A stretch of DNA of 64,000 nucleotides from a bacterium (lineage in GTDB: Bacteria; Zixibacteria; MSB-5A5; GN15; FEB-12). Of the stretch, positions 1-8,327 are shown in pieces. The notes below the pieces were generated by a model. That model saw only the letters and a list, made by a program, of their open reading frames with translations, was not told where the DNA came from and did not search any database. The stretch spans positions 1-64,000 of the forward strand of contig JBDRNJ010000021.1 in the NCBI GenBank assembly GCA_043811375.1, written 5' to 3'. The translations under genes and the position numbers were made by a program. Each line of letters opens with the position of its first letter. The first letter of the stretch is position 1.

Positions 1-10
1 GAATGTCAAC

Positions 11-44
11 GAGATAGCCACGTCGCTTCGCTCCTCGCTATGAC
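11..44. repeat. REP-like palindromic repeat unit (GAGATAGCCACGTCGCTTCGCTCCTCGCTATGAC); partner copy probably lies outside the window
   Basis: Resembles the widespread GTCATTGCGAGGAGCGAAGCGACGTGGCAATCTC-type extragenic repeat, in reverse complement. Confidence 0.55.
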
Positions 45-262
45 GATGGTTATGTCTTTCAACATTCCCCTGCGCGGGGATGATATGGAAAGATAATCCC
101 TACCATTGCCCGATCGGTTATGTGAAAATGGGTTTGTTTCGTAATTTTAGTTTTTTCACCTCCGAATATGATTGCCGAACTCAAATTTGTGCACTGATAC
201 GACATGGTGCTCAATTGAGCGATGGAGCAGCGGAAACCACAGGTTTTGTAGGGAATATATTT

Positions 263-305
263 CGTCAGGTCACACCACCACCTGCGGCGGTGTCAAGACC
301 TGTCG
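263..305. repeat. REP-like imperfect palindrome
   Basis: CGTCAGGTC...GACCTGTCG outer arms (1 mismatch) with inner ACACC/GGTGT. Confidence 0.6.
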
Positions 306-340
306 TAACTCTTAGTTACTCCAAGCGATGTATATATACC

Positions 341-622
341 TTATTCGGATTCTTCAATATGTTCATAGTACTTATTTAGAGCTTCAATTTCATTATCAGC
401 TATTATTGTTACAACCTGGCCATTATTCCAACCTTGCCAAGCAACTAGAGCAGTATTATCATTTTTCAACATCAATATTTCAATCATACCTTTAGAGTTT
501 GATCCTTGATAACACGCAGCATTTCTGTAATGTTTCTTAAATTCGTTTTTGAGGGGTGATGATTTTAGTATCCTTGAATCAGGTACCAATTCCAATGAAT
601 TTATTTTCTCATACTTTGTCAT
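341..622 (-). CDS. hypothetical protein (93 aa), very AT-rich
   Basis: ATG-TAA ORF filling an AT-rich block; no recognised motif. Confidence 0.55.
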   Translation of the reverse strand: MTKYEKINSLELVPDSRILKSSPLKNEFKKHYRNAACYQGSNSKGMIEILMLKNDNTALVAWQGWNNGQVVTIIADNEIEALNKYYEHIEESE

Positions 623-677
623 AAAAGTTACCTATCATTTTATTAGCTTGTATGTTTTTTAGAATCAGTAATAATTA

Positions 678-733
678 GTGTCGGGTGGTGCACCCCTTGG
701 CGTAAACCGCGATCACAGATCGCGGCCACACAC
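678..733. repeat. REP-like hairpins (GGGTG-GTG-CACCC and CCGCGATC-ACA-GATCGCGG)
   Basis: Perfect 8-bp stem at 707-725 preceded on the minus strand by GTGG; TGTCGGGT is shared with the element at 3366. Confidence 0.55.
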
Positions 734-743
734 ACAGTGGGAT

Positions 744-1145
744 TTAGAATGTTTCTTGTCTTCCGCACTTGGTACAGGTTCGTACAGTATTCTTATCTAT
801 GAAGCCTCTAATTCCGAAGAAAACCAAGATTACTCCAAAAAGTGCAAAAAGAATACTTATTCCTGTCAGCAATAGTGAAACGAGACCTGCGCAAATAAGT
901 GCTACGCCTGTCCCAGGTGCAGCGCTAACAAGTTGTGAATGGAAAGCATCGTTTCCACAAGCCGGGCACGAATAATCTGTTTCTGAAGCTTGTAGTTTCG
1001 TGGTACCCGCGGGACTGTCGCGTTCATCCTGAGTAGATGCGGCAGCATTGCTCTGTTCCCCCTCTTTTTCTAGCCATTCGCCGCAGAATCGACACTTTTT
1101 CGCATCGTCTTGAATTTCTTCTGCACAATAGGGACACTTTTTCAA
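744..1145 (-). CDS. zinc-ribbon membrane protein
   Basis: CPYC..CRFC N-terminal ribbon and CPAC...CTKC flanking two hydrophobic helices; TTG start at 1145 behind GGAGG RBS (ORF track starts at 1184). Confidence 0.75.
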   Translation of the reverse strand: MKKCPYCAEEIQDDAKKCRFCGEWLEKEGEQSNAAASTQDERDSPAGTTKLQASETDYSCPACGNDAFHSQLVSAAPGTGVALICAGLVSLLLTGISILFALFGVILVFFGIRGFIDKNTVRTCTKCGRQETF

Positions 1146-1193
1146 AGCGTATTTCCTCCGTCTAATACCCAAAAGCTGACTCACGCAATCCCA

Positions 1194-1478
1194 TCAGCCA
1201 TTTCTAAGTTGTTCGAGTCGAAATAATATTGCGATGATGCCGTGAAGCAGGAAGAAAATCGTCAACCCTTCGAGAAGTAACCCAGCACTGACAACGAGAC
1301 TGAAAGGATTAAATGTCTCCTCCTGAATGGTAACAGGCAGATCCGTGAGAATGCCTCTCATTGTAACTGTTTCTGTGCTCGTAATGATGAACGGAATCAC
1401 GATCGCTGCAACTCCTGACAACACCAAGTTGGTGATGGCCAGTGCTTCGCACCAGAGACTGATTGTTTTTGCCTTCAT
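1194..1478 (-). CDS. small two-TM membrane protein
   Basis: Two hydrophobic segments, 94 aa. Confidence 0.65.
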   Translation of the reverse strand: MKAKTISLWCEALAITNLVLSGVAAIVIPFIITSTETVTMRGILTDLPVTIQEETFNPFSLVVSAGLLLEGLTIFFLLHGIIAILFRLEQLRNG

Positions 1479-1540
1479 TTCTTATATCTCACTTGTGTTT
1501 TGATCCTTTCTTTTTCCATACCAACAACCTCCCAACTCTT

Positions 1541-1574
1541 GTAAGTCGGTGTGGTTTCGACCCATATAGACTAC
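1541..1574. repeat. degenerate GTAG-type REP-like hairpin
   Basis: GTAAGTC...GACTAC ends; begins GTAG on the minus strand. Confidence 0.4.
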
Positions 1575-1579
1575 ATAGA

Positions 1580-2455
1580 TCATTGGGATCGTAGCCACCG
1601 TGATAAGACACTTTGCGCTTGGAGTTGTTGGTCCCAGATCCTCCATTCCCAGGAGCAGAGTCTTAGGACGGGCTGGACAGGGTTATGATAGGAGTCGGTG
1701 CCAAGGCCAGTCAAGCCCATTTCAAACGTAAGTTGGACAAACCCCCTACTATTTACGATATCAAGGGTTGATGCAAGATCACGCGGGAGAGACGCTCTAA
1801 ACAGTGAGTCGCAGAACTCAAGACGCGGCGTCTGAAGTCCTTTATAACGCCCTTCCGGCATCAGGCCCCAGAGCGGGTCTACCCATTCTTGTTTTGCAGT
1901 AATACAGGGTGCCACATCGAACTGCAGGTCCGGTCCCCACGCCTCCTCCAAGAAGTCAATAGCGCTGAGCGAAGCGAACGCTAGTTCACGATCTGCATCG
2001 TAATGCACGACTGGAGGCGTTATATTTACGATCAGTTGTGGGTTTTCGGTCTGCTGAACTCGAGCTACTTTGGAATGTTGTCCCACGAGAGTCTGCCTGT
2101 ACACCAAATAGCCTTCCGCCCTTCGATCTGCGTGTTCAGACGAGGTTTCATATGGGCCCTTTTTCGGGTTTGCCAGCCCGCGCCACAGTATGTGCACTTG
2201 CTCGAGATAAGAGTTCACCCATGACTCAAAAGACCCGCTTGAAATACTCCCAGACCGTAGGGCCGGCAACGTCCAACCGGGCTGTTCAACGTGCGTAGTG
2301 TCGTTCTTTTGCGATGCCTTATCGCCCCGCTCAACGTTTGCAGCTTCTTTACTGTCTGACACATTATTGGCCTGCTGGTTCCCGCCTCCGCATCCCAGAT
2401 TCAGTACGATAAGCAATAAAGTGGATGCAGCCACAACCGTACTCTTTCGCACCAC
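1580..2455 (-). CDS. hypothetical lipoprotein
   Basis: Signal peptide with LNLG-C lipobox; GTG start overlaps the sucD TAG by 1 nt. Confidence 0.7.
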   Translation of the reverse strand: MVRKSTVVAASTLLLIVLNLGCGGGNQQANNVSDSKEAANVERGDKASQKNDTTHVEQPGWTLPALRSGSISSGSFESWVNSYLEQVHILWRGLANPKKGPYETSSEHADRRAEGYLVYRQTLVGQHSKVARVQQTENPQLIVNITPPVVHYDADRELAFASLSAIDFLEEAWGPDLQFDVAPCITAKQEWVDPLWGLMPEGRYKGLQTPRLEFCDSLFRASLPRDLASTLDIVNSRGFVQLTFEMGLTGLGTDSYHNPVQPVLRLCSWEWRIWDQQLQAQSVLSRWLRSQ

Positions 2456-3321
2456 TACACCCCCAACTTCTTCAGTGTCTTGGGGATGTCGGTAAATGTT
2501 TTGCAGGGGTGGGCGCCGGCAGCAGCCAGGGCGTCGAGTTTTTCCCGGGCGGTGCCCATCTTACCTTCGACGATTGCACCGGCGTGGCCCATACGTTTGC
2601 CGGGAGGAGCGTAGATGCCGCCGATCATCGCCAGCACCGGCGTTTTCATTTTGGGGATGATCTCGGTCGCCTTTTCCTCATAGACGCCGCCGATCTCACC
2701 GCACATAATGACCGCCCTGGTCTTGTCGTCCTCTTCGAACTTCCACAGGATTTCGTTAAATGTCGAGCCCAGCACCGGGTCGCCGCCCAGACCGACACAG
2801 GTCGACTCGCCGTATTCGCTGCGGGTAAGGGTGTCGGCCACGTAGTAGGTAATCGAACCGGAGCGCGAGACGGTGCCGACCCGTCCCGGCTTAAAGGCGA
2901 TATCCGGCATAATACCTAAATTAGCCTCACCGGGTGTGATGACTCCCGCCGTGTTGCCGCCGATAACCGTGGCGCCGTGAGCGACCGCCTCGCGGCGAAC
3001 GTGCAGCATGTCGTGGATAGGAATATGCTCCGGCACGACCACCAGGAACTTGATCCCGGCCCGGATCGCCTCGATAGCCGCTTCCTTGACGAACGGCGCC
3101 GGCAGGAAAATGACCGAGACATCGGCGCCGGTGTTTTCGACGCACTCGGCCACGGTATCGAAGACCGGTTTTTCGTGGACGATCTGGCCGCCTTTGCCGG
3201 GGGAGGTGCCGCCGACGATATTGGTGCCGTAGGTCAGCATCCGCCCGGTGTGAAATTTCCCCGCTCCGCCGGTGATTCCCTGCACCATCACGTTGCTGTT
3301 TTTGTCAACCAAGATTGCCAT
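2455..3321 (-). CDS. sucD: succinate--CoA ligase (ADP-forming) family, alpha subunit
   Basis: VQGITG CoA-binding motif, SRSGS, GLGGDP, MGHAGA phospho-His loop. Confidence 0.93.
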   Translation of the reverse strand: MAILVDKNSNVMVQGITGGAGKFHTGRMLTYGTNIVGGTSPGKGGQIVHEKPVFDTVAECVENTGADVSVIFLPAPFVKEAAIEAIRAGIKFLVVVPEHIPIHDMLHVRREAVAHGATVIGGNTAGVITPGEANLGIMPDIAFKPGRVGTVSRSGSITYYVADTLTRSEYGESTCVGLGGDPVLGSTFNEILWKFEEDDKTRAVIMCGEIGGVYEEKATEIIPKMKTPVLAMIGGIYAPPGKRMGHAGAIVEGKMGTAREKLDALAAAGAHPCKTFTDIPKTLKKLGV

Positions 3322-3365
3322 CAGTATCCTTTGACCTCCCGCCAGACGTACATTGCATAGTCTCT

Positions 3366-3412
3366 TGTCGGGTTTCTTCTCCCGCTAAAGCGGGATTCGG
3401 AACCCGACCTAC
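3366..3412 (-). repeat. GTAG-type REP-like element between sucC and sucD
   Basis: Minus strand GTAG-GTCGGGTT...AACCCGAC with inner TCCCGCT/AGCGGGA stem. Confidence 0.7.
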
Positions 3413-3435
3413 GATCAGTTGCCCTAAGATTGCCA

Positions 3436-4626
3436 TCAGTTACTTCCCCCGGCCAGTTCGACGGCTCGTTTGGAAATCTCTTCGATGGGCGTTTCGATGC
3501 CGTGAAATTCTATTCGTTCAAACAATTGGGGGTTCTCCTTCCTGGCTTCTTCAAACAACCGCACTCCCTCCTGCCACATGTTACCAGTCATGCGCATAAC
3601 CAGGGGCTTGGACAGGCCGTGCCCCTTGAGGAACATGATAACGCCCTTGGCGAAATCGTCACAACGGCTGATACCGCCGAAACGAGCGCCGAAGATCGCC
3701 TTGACGTTGGGGTTTTCATCCAGCAGCACCAGCATTTTCGCCAGCCGTTCCGGCGAGGGGCCGCCGCCGGAGTCCATGAAATTGGCCGGTCGGCCGCCGT
3801 AGTAGTGGATGAAGTCGTTGCCCATGATACCGAATCCCGCCCCACCGGGGAACATGCCGATATTACCGTCGAGGTCGAGATAGGGGATACCGTCTTCATT
3901 CGCTTTACGTTCGCGGGGAGTCATCTCGCCTTCTTCATGGCGCATCTCGATACCCATCTCTTTGAGGTCGGCGTGGCGGAAAACGGCGTCATCGTCGAGC
4001 GAAACGCGGCTGTCGGCGGCGATAAGCTGATCGTCGGCAGTCAGCACCAGCGGGTTTATCTCGACCAGTTTGGCGTCGTACTTGCGGAACATGTTGTAGA
4101 GGTTGACAATGATCGCGGCCCCCTTCTTCAAAAGGGGAGAGGGGATACCGATCTTTTTGGCAATGCCTAGGGCATCAAAAGCGTACAACTCCTCGCTGAG
4201 ATCGAGCGACTTGCGGACGATTTTCTCCGGATGTTTGGCGGCCGTTTCCTCGATATCGACGCCGCCCTCACCGGAAGCAATCACCACCAGTTTGTAGGCG
4301 GCGCGGTCTATTGTGACACCGACATAGTACTCCTGCTTGATGTCAAGTTTCGGTTCCACCAGGAGTGACTCGACCGGGAAGCCTTTGATTGTGAGTTGTA
4401 GTAACTCCGTAGCTACCTCGGCGACTTCATCACCTGCTGTCACGACCCTGATACCGCCGGCTTTGCTCCGGCCACCGGTCAGCACCTGTGATTTAAGCAC
4501 TACCGGCAGACCGATTTCGTTAGCTGCCGATACCGCCTCGTTTTTATCGGTCACCAACCGGCTGTCAGGGACGGGGATTCTTGATTTCTTGAAGAGCTCT
4601 TTGCCCTCAAATTCGTACAAACGCAT
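3436..4626 (-). CDS. sucC: succinate--CoA ligase family, beta subunit (ATP-grasp)
   Basis: LYEFEGK, KSQVLTGGRSKAGG, EINPL, PANFMDSGGG, FGGISRCD; alternative GTG start at 4632. Confidence 0.92.
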   Translation of the reverse strand: MRLYEFEGKELFKKSRIPVPDSRLVTDKNEAVSAANEIGLPVVLKSQVLTGGRSKAGGIRVVTAGDEVAEVATELLQLTIKGFPVESLLVEPKLDIKQEYYVGVTIDRAAYKLVVIASGEGGVDIEETAAKHPEKIVRKSLDLSEELYAFDALGIAKKIGIPSPLLKKGAAIIVNLYNMFRKYDAKLVEINPLVLTADDQLIAADSRVSLDDDAVFRHADLKEMGIEMRHEEGEMTPRERKANEDGIPYLDLDGNIGMFPGGAGFGIMGNDFIHYYGGRPANFMDSGGGPSPERLAKMLVLLDENPNVKAIFGARFGGISRCDDFAKGVIMFLKGHGLSKPLVMRMTGNMWQEGVRLFEEARKENPQLFERIEFHGIETPIEEISKRAVELAGGSN

Positions 4627-4684
4627 TTTCACCTTCCTTCAATCGGTTCGTCAGCCACAGCCTGTTACCGTTGGCTGAGATGGT

Positions 4685-4712
4685 AATCTATACGGATCAG
4701 GGGAAATGTCAA
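4685..4712 (-). promoter_or_regulatory. sigma70-type promoter for sucCD
   Basis: TTGACA-N16-TAGATT. Confidence 0.5.
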
Positions 4713-4769
4713 CTCGATTGGCCGTCGGCTTATGATATCCGGTTTCAACCTAACGGTTGTCGGACGAAC

Positions 4770-4803
4770 AAAAAAACCGCCGGAGATAAACTCCAGCGGT
4801 TTG
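4770..4803 (-). terminator. intrinsic terminator of the pil operon
   Basis: AAACCGCTGGAG/CTCCGGCGGTTT stem followed by a T run on the minus strand. Confidence 0.75.
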
Positions 4804-4826
4804 AAAATTGTCTGTCTGATCGATTG

Positions 4827-6923
4827 CTATGGTTCCTGTACCGTGACCGATTTGGATAGTACGATACCGCCCCTGGGATCGGTATCGGTGACGGTCAGAG
4901 TATAGGTGAGCGGCGTAGCCGGCGCCGTCCAGACAAAACCCTCGGCCTCGCCGTAGCTGTCGGTGTCCTGGGTAGCGCCGCTGACAGTCCCGGCGGAAGC
5001 GGTCATAACCAGGGTGTGATCACCCAGCGGACAGCCGTAACGGTCCTTGATACTGACGCTGTAGTACACGACATCTCCGGGCATGACCGATGCCAGCCCA
5101 TTTATCAGGCAGTTACCCCGGTAGGCGTAATCGGTGGTTAGCGTAACATTGTAAGTCGATATGGCGGATCCCGACCAGTAGTAGATGACATCGTAAGCGC
5201 CGATACCATCGTCGTTGCCGCCGGGCGTGGACTCATCGGTTAGCAGAATAGTCGAAGTGATCTTGACACGATCCGAGGAGGTGTAGCAACCGTCAGTGAG
5301 CGTCCCGGCCTCCACGTTTAGGTAGGTGGCGTCGGCCTTGAAGGCGGTGCCGTCTATAACCGGGTTGCCATTGAGATCGAGCCCGGTGACATACACGACC
5401 GCCTTGCTTATGCCGTTCGCCGGCATGCTGGCGGGGATACCCGAAACGATCAGTGTATCCGGTACGTGAGAGTTGTAGAACATGCCGGTATCAGCGACGG
5501 TGCCGCCGGCGGTCTCTGCAATAACCAGCACTCGACCGTCAGCCGTACCGACGTTGGTGCCGGATATCCAGAGTGTCTTGGCAATCCCTTCCAGGTCCCG
5601 CGTTCGTTCCTCGTGGGACTTCATGGTGCCTTCATCGGTAGTGAAGTAAACGACGGTGGAGTCGTTTACCCGGGTCATATAAACATCGGAGATTACTGCG
5701 GTGACAATGACTTTCTCACCCACGTCATCCCAGTAATCGACATTGCAGAATTCGGAGCCGACCACTATCTGAGCCGGTGGTCCGGCGGAAACCATCACCT
5801 GGGTGGCGTTGGACAGAACGGTGTCGGCGTAGGCGCGAACCCGTATCGTTCCCGAGATGTCCCCCGAATGGATCGTCACCGTCGCTATACCCTGGCTGTT
5901 GGTGATAGCCGCGTAGGGTCCGTATCCGACGGTACCGAGATGTTCCCCGCCACCGGGGCCGTCGGTGATGATAAAGTTGATGGTCAGACCTTCCGGTACC
6001 GGGTTGGCATTAATATCGTAACCGATGGCGTACAGCAGGGCCGACTCGATACCGCCGGTTTGCCTGACCACCAGGTTGATCGAATCAGAAGCCAGGTATA
6101 TCGAGTTGATGGCGGCATCAGGCGAAAGCTGGACCGACTGTTCGGCTGCGCCCTGGATACCGTTGTCGTCGACGGTGGCCTTGATATAGACTGTGAGGGC
6201 GTCGCTGCCGGCGATGTAATTGACCACCGCCTGACCGGCGCCGCCTGAAATGAGAGAGGTCGACGGGATCAGGCCGATACCGTCCCACTGGCCGTTGGCG
6301 TTGGCGTCATAGATGAGCGAGTCGATTCCCGGAGACCAGTAACCGTTGCCGTCGACATCCTCGAACTTCTCACCGGAAGTAAACTTCACCAGCGTGGAGT
6401 CCGGCGCCGGCTGGTAGTTACCATCCTGAACGGTAACGATCACGACGGAGGTGTCGGACCCATTGGCCAGCAGCAGGGTTGGTGAAACCGATATCTGTAC
6501 GTTTCCGGAGCCGCTCTGCTGGGTTTCTGTTACCGTCAGTGCCGCCGATGATGATGCTGAAGTGCCATAGACGGCGGCCGAAATTGTTACTGAACCGGTA
6601 TTGGTAGCGCTAAACACCGCGGCGGCGACACCGGAGCCGTCGGTAGTGTCCACCGAGGGTGTGAAGTACCCGGCACTGGTGGGACTGACCGTGAAGACCA
6701 CCGCCTGATTGGCCAGGCCGTTGCCGCCACTGGTGACGGTGGCTTCGATCACCGAGGTCGACCCGGTGACAATTGAATTGGGGCTGGCCGATACCGTGAC
6801 GGTAGCGCTCTGTGATGTTTGTTCCAGCACGCTCTTGGAGGAGCAGCCGACTACGACCAAAATCGCCAGGCTGATTACAGCCGCCGACAGGGCGACCGAT
6901 AGTATCGCGTTTCGCTTGTTCAT
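4827..6923 (-). CDS. bacterial Ig-like (invasin/Big_1-type) repeat lipoprotein
   Basis: VVG-C lipobox; repeated TDxxGxA / V-F-T Ig motifs; DxDGNG calcium-type loop; ATG 6923 behind AGGAG. Confidence 0.8.
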   Translation of the reverse strand: MNKRNAILSVALSAAVISLAILVVVGCSSKSVLEQTSQSATVTVSASPNSIVTGSTSVIEATVTSGGNGLANQAVVFTVSPTSAGYFTPSVDTTDGSGVAAAVFSATNTGSVTISAAVYGTSASSSAALTVTETQQSGSGNVQISVSPTLLLANGSDTSVVIVTVQDGNYQPAPDSTLVKFTSGEKFEDVDGNGYWSPGIDSLIYDANANGQWDGIGLIPSTSLISGGAGQAVVNYIAGSDALTVYIKATVDDNGIQGAAEQSVQLSPDAAINSIYLASDSINLVVRQTGGIESALLYAIGYDINANPVPEGLTINFIITDGPGGGEHLGTVGYGPYAAITNSQGIATVTIHSGDISGTIRVRAYADTVLSNATQVMVSAGPPAQIVVGSEFCNVDYWDDVGEKVIVTAVISDVYMTRVNDSTVVYFTTDEGTMKSHEERTRDLEGIAKTLWISGTNVGTADGRVLVIAETAGGTVADTGMFYNSHVPDTLIVSGIPASMPANGISKAVVYVTGLDLNGNPVIDGTAFKADATYLNVEAGTLTDGCYTSSDRVKITSTILLTDESTPGGNDDGIGAYDVIYYWSGSAISTYNVTLTTDYAYRGNCLINGLASVMPGDVVYYSVSIKDRYGCPLGDHTLVMTASAGTVSGATQDTDSYGEAEGFVWTAPATPLTYTLTVTDTDPRGGIVLSKSVTVQEP

Positions 6924-6994
6924 GATTTCTCCTGCTTTTCCCTGATCGGTTCCCTGTTCAGACAACATTTAATAATATCTTCCGGTGTCTCGTT

Positions 6995-8311
6995 TCACCG
7001 ACCGGAGGCCAGTTCCTGGTCGACGATAGTGGGTGTGACGAAAATCACCAGGTCGCGGCTTTCCAAACGCTTAGTGGTAGATTTGAACAACCTCCCTAAA
7101 AGAGGGATGTCCTTAAGAAGCGGCACGCCGATCTCCGTTTCCACTTCGTCCTCGGTTGTCAATCCGCCGATAACAGCCGTCTGACCACTGCCGACGATAA
7201 CGTTGGTTTCGGCGTTGCTGGTATTGATGATGATACCGTTGGGATCAAACTCGTAGGTCGATCTTTCCGGTTTGAGATTCATCAGAATCTGGTTTTCGGC
7301 AGTAATGTGCGGGGTGACCTTGAGCATCGTGCCCACTTCCTCAAACTTGATGACCACGTTCCCCGATTCGTCAAACTGTTTGACGGGGATTTTCTGCCCC
7401 ATCTGTATCTTGGCTTCGGTGTTATCAATGGTTGTGATCTCCGGGTGGGCGATGACCTTACCTTTACGGTTGTTTACAATCGCCGCTACGATGGCATCGG
7501 CCGACCAGCCGCGCTGCAGAGCCGTGACATGGTATCTCCCGGCCAAATTGGTAGCCAGATCCGGAATCACTTCCCCTTTCTGGTCGTACTGACGAACAGT
7601 TTGTGTATTACCGGAGGCATCGGTTTCTGTAACCGAGGAGGTGCCCTCTATTGTCCAATTGACACCCAGTTCTTCCAGGTCGGTCGACCAGATTTCCAGA
7701 AGCTGAGTGGATATCTTTATCTGTCGAGCCGGGCGGTCCAGGCTGTTGATGTAGCCTAACACTTTTTCCATGTTGGCCGGGACTTCCTGGATGATGATCG
7801 AATTCGACCGGGGATCACTGGTAGCCTGACCACGCTCAGTCAACAGGGACTTTACTGCCTGAACGATGTCGTCCGAGGTCGAATTGGAGATTTCGACGAT
7901 CTTGGTGTCCAGTTCAGCCAGTTGCCGTTGGGATGTCCGGTGCTTCTCCTGTTCGGTGAGTTCTTTACGGAAGTCCTCATTCGTTAGCACCCGGATATAA
8001 CCCTCTTCTTCGTCGACCACGGCGAGATCATAAGTCCGGCCAATGATGTCCATAGCCGTCCGCCACATAACGTCGCTGAGTTTGATGGTCACAGTACCGC
8101 TGACTTCAGGGGCGACCACCACGTTGACCTGGCCATAGTCGGCCAGGAAAGTCAGCACCGACCGTATATCAGCGGACTGAAACTGCAGGTTCTTGATCGG
8201 GGTGGTCGGATCCTTATCTTCCTCGGCTACAGTAATACCTGCCAGGCACGGCAGAACTGCCAGCAGTCCCACCAGCAACAACAGTTTATGGTTTGATCTC
8301 CTCGCCATCAT
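6995..8311 (-). CDS. pilQ: type IV pilus secretin PilQ (no AMIN domain)
   Basis: ADIRSVL N0 domain, DPRSNSIII, P.ITTIDN, GQTAVIGGL, VPLLKDIPLLGRLFK; start re-called at 8311. Confidence 0.92.
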   Translation of the reverse strand: MMARRSNHKLLLLVGLLAVLPCLAGITVAEEDKDPTTPIKNLQFQSADIRSVLTFLADYGQVNVVVAPEVSGTVTIKLSDVMWRTAMDIIGRTYDLAVVDEEEGYIRVLTNEDFRKELTEQEKHRTSQRQLAELDTKIVEISNSTSDDIVQAVKSLLTERGQATSDPRSNSIIIQEVPANMEKVLGYINSLDRPARQIKISTQLLEIWSTDLEELGVNWTIEGTSSVTETDASGNTQTVRQYDQKGEVIPDLATNLAGRYHVTALQRGWSADAIVAAIVNNRKGKVIAHPEITTIDNTEAKIQMGQKIPVKQFDESGNVVIKFEEVGTMLKVTPHITAENQILMNLKPERSTYEFDPNGIIINTSNAETNVIVGSGQTAVIGGLTTEDEVETEIGVPLLKDIPLLGRLFKSTTKRLESRDLVIFVTPTIVDQELASGR

Positions 8312-8327
8312 TGATTCCTGCCTTTCA

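Noticed and set aside
80..379. 99-aa plus-strand ORF
   Set aside because: It runs through a REP-like palindrome, overlaps the 341-622 ORF and has no recognisable motif.
263..1574. Integron cassette array
   Set aside because: The hairpins lack attC R''/R' boxes, do not resemble each other enough, and no integrase is present.
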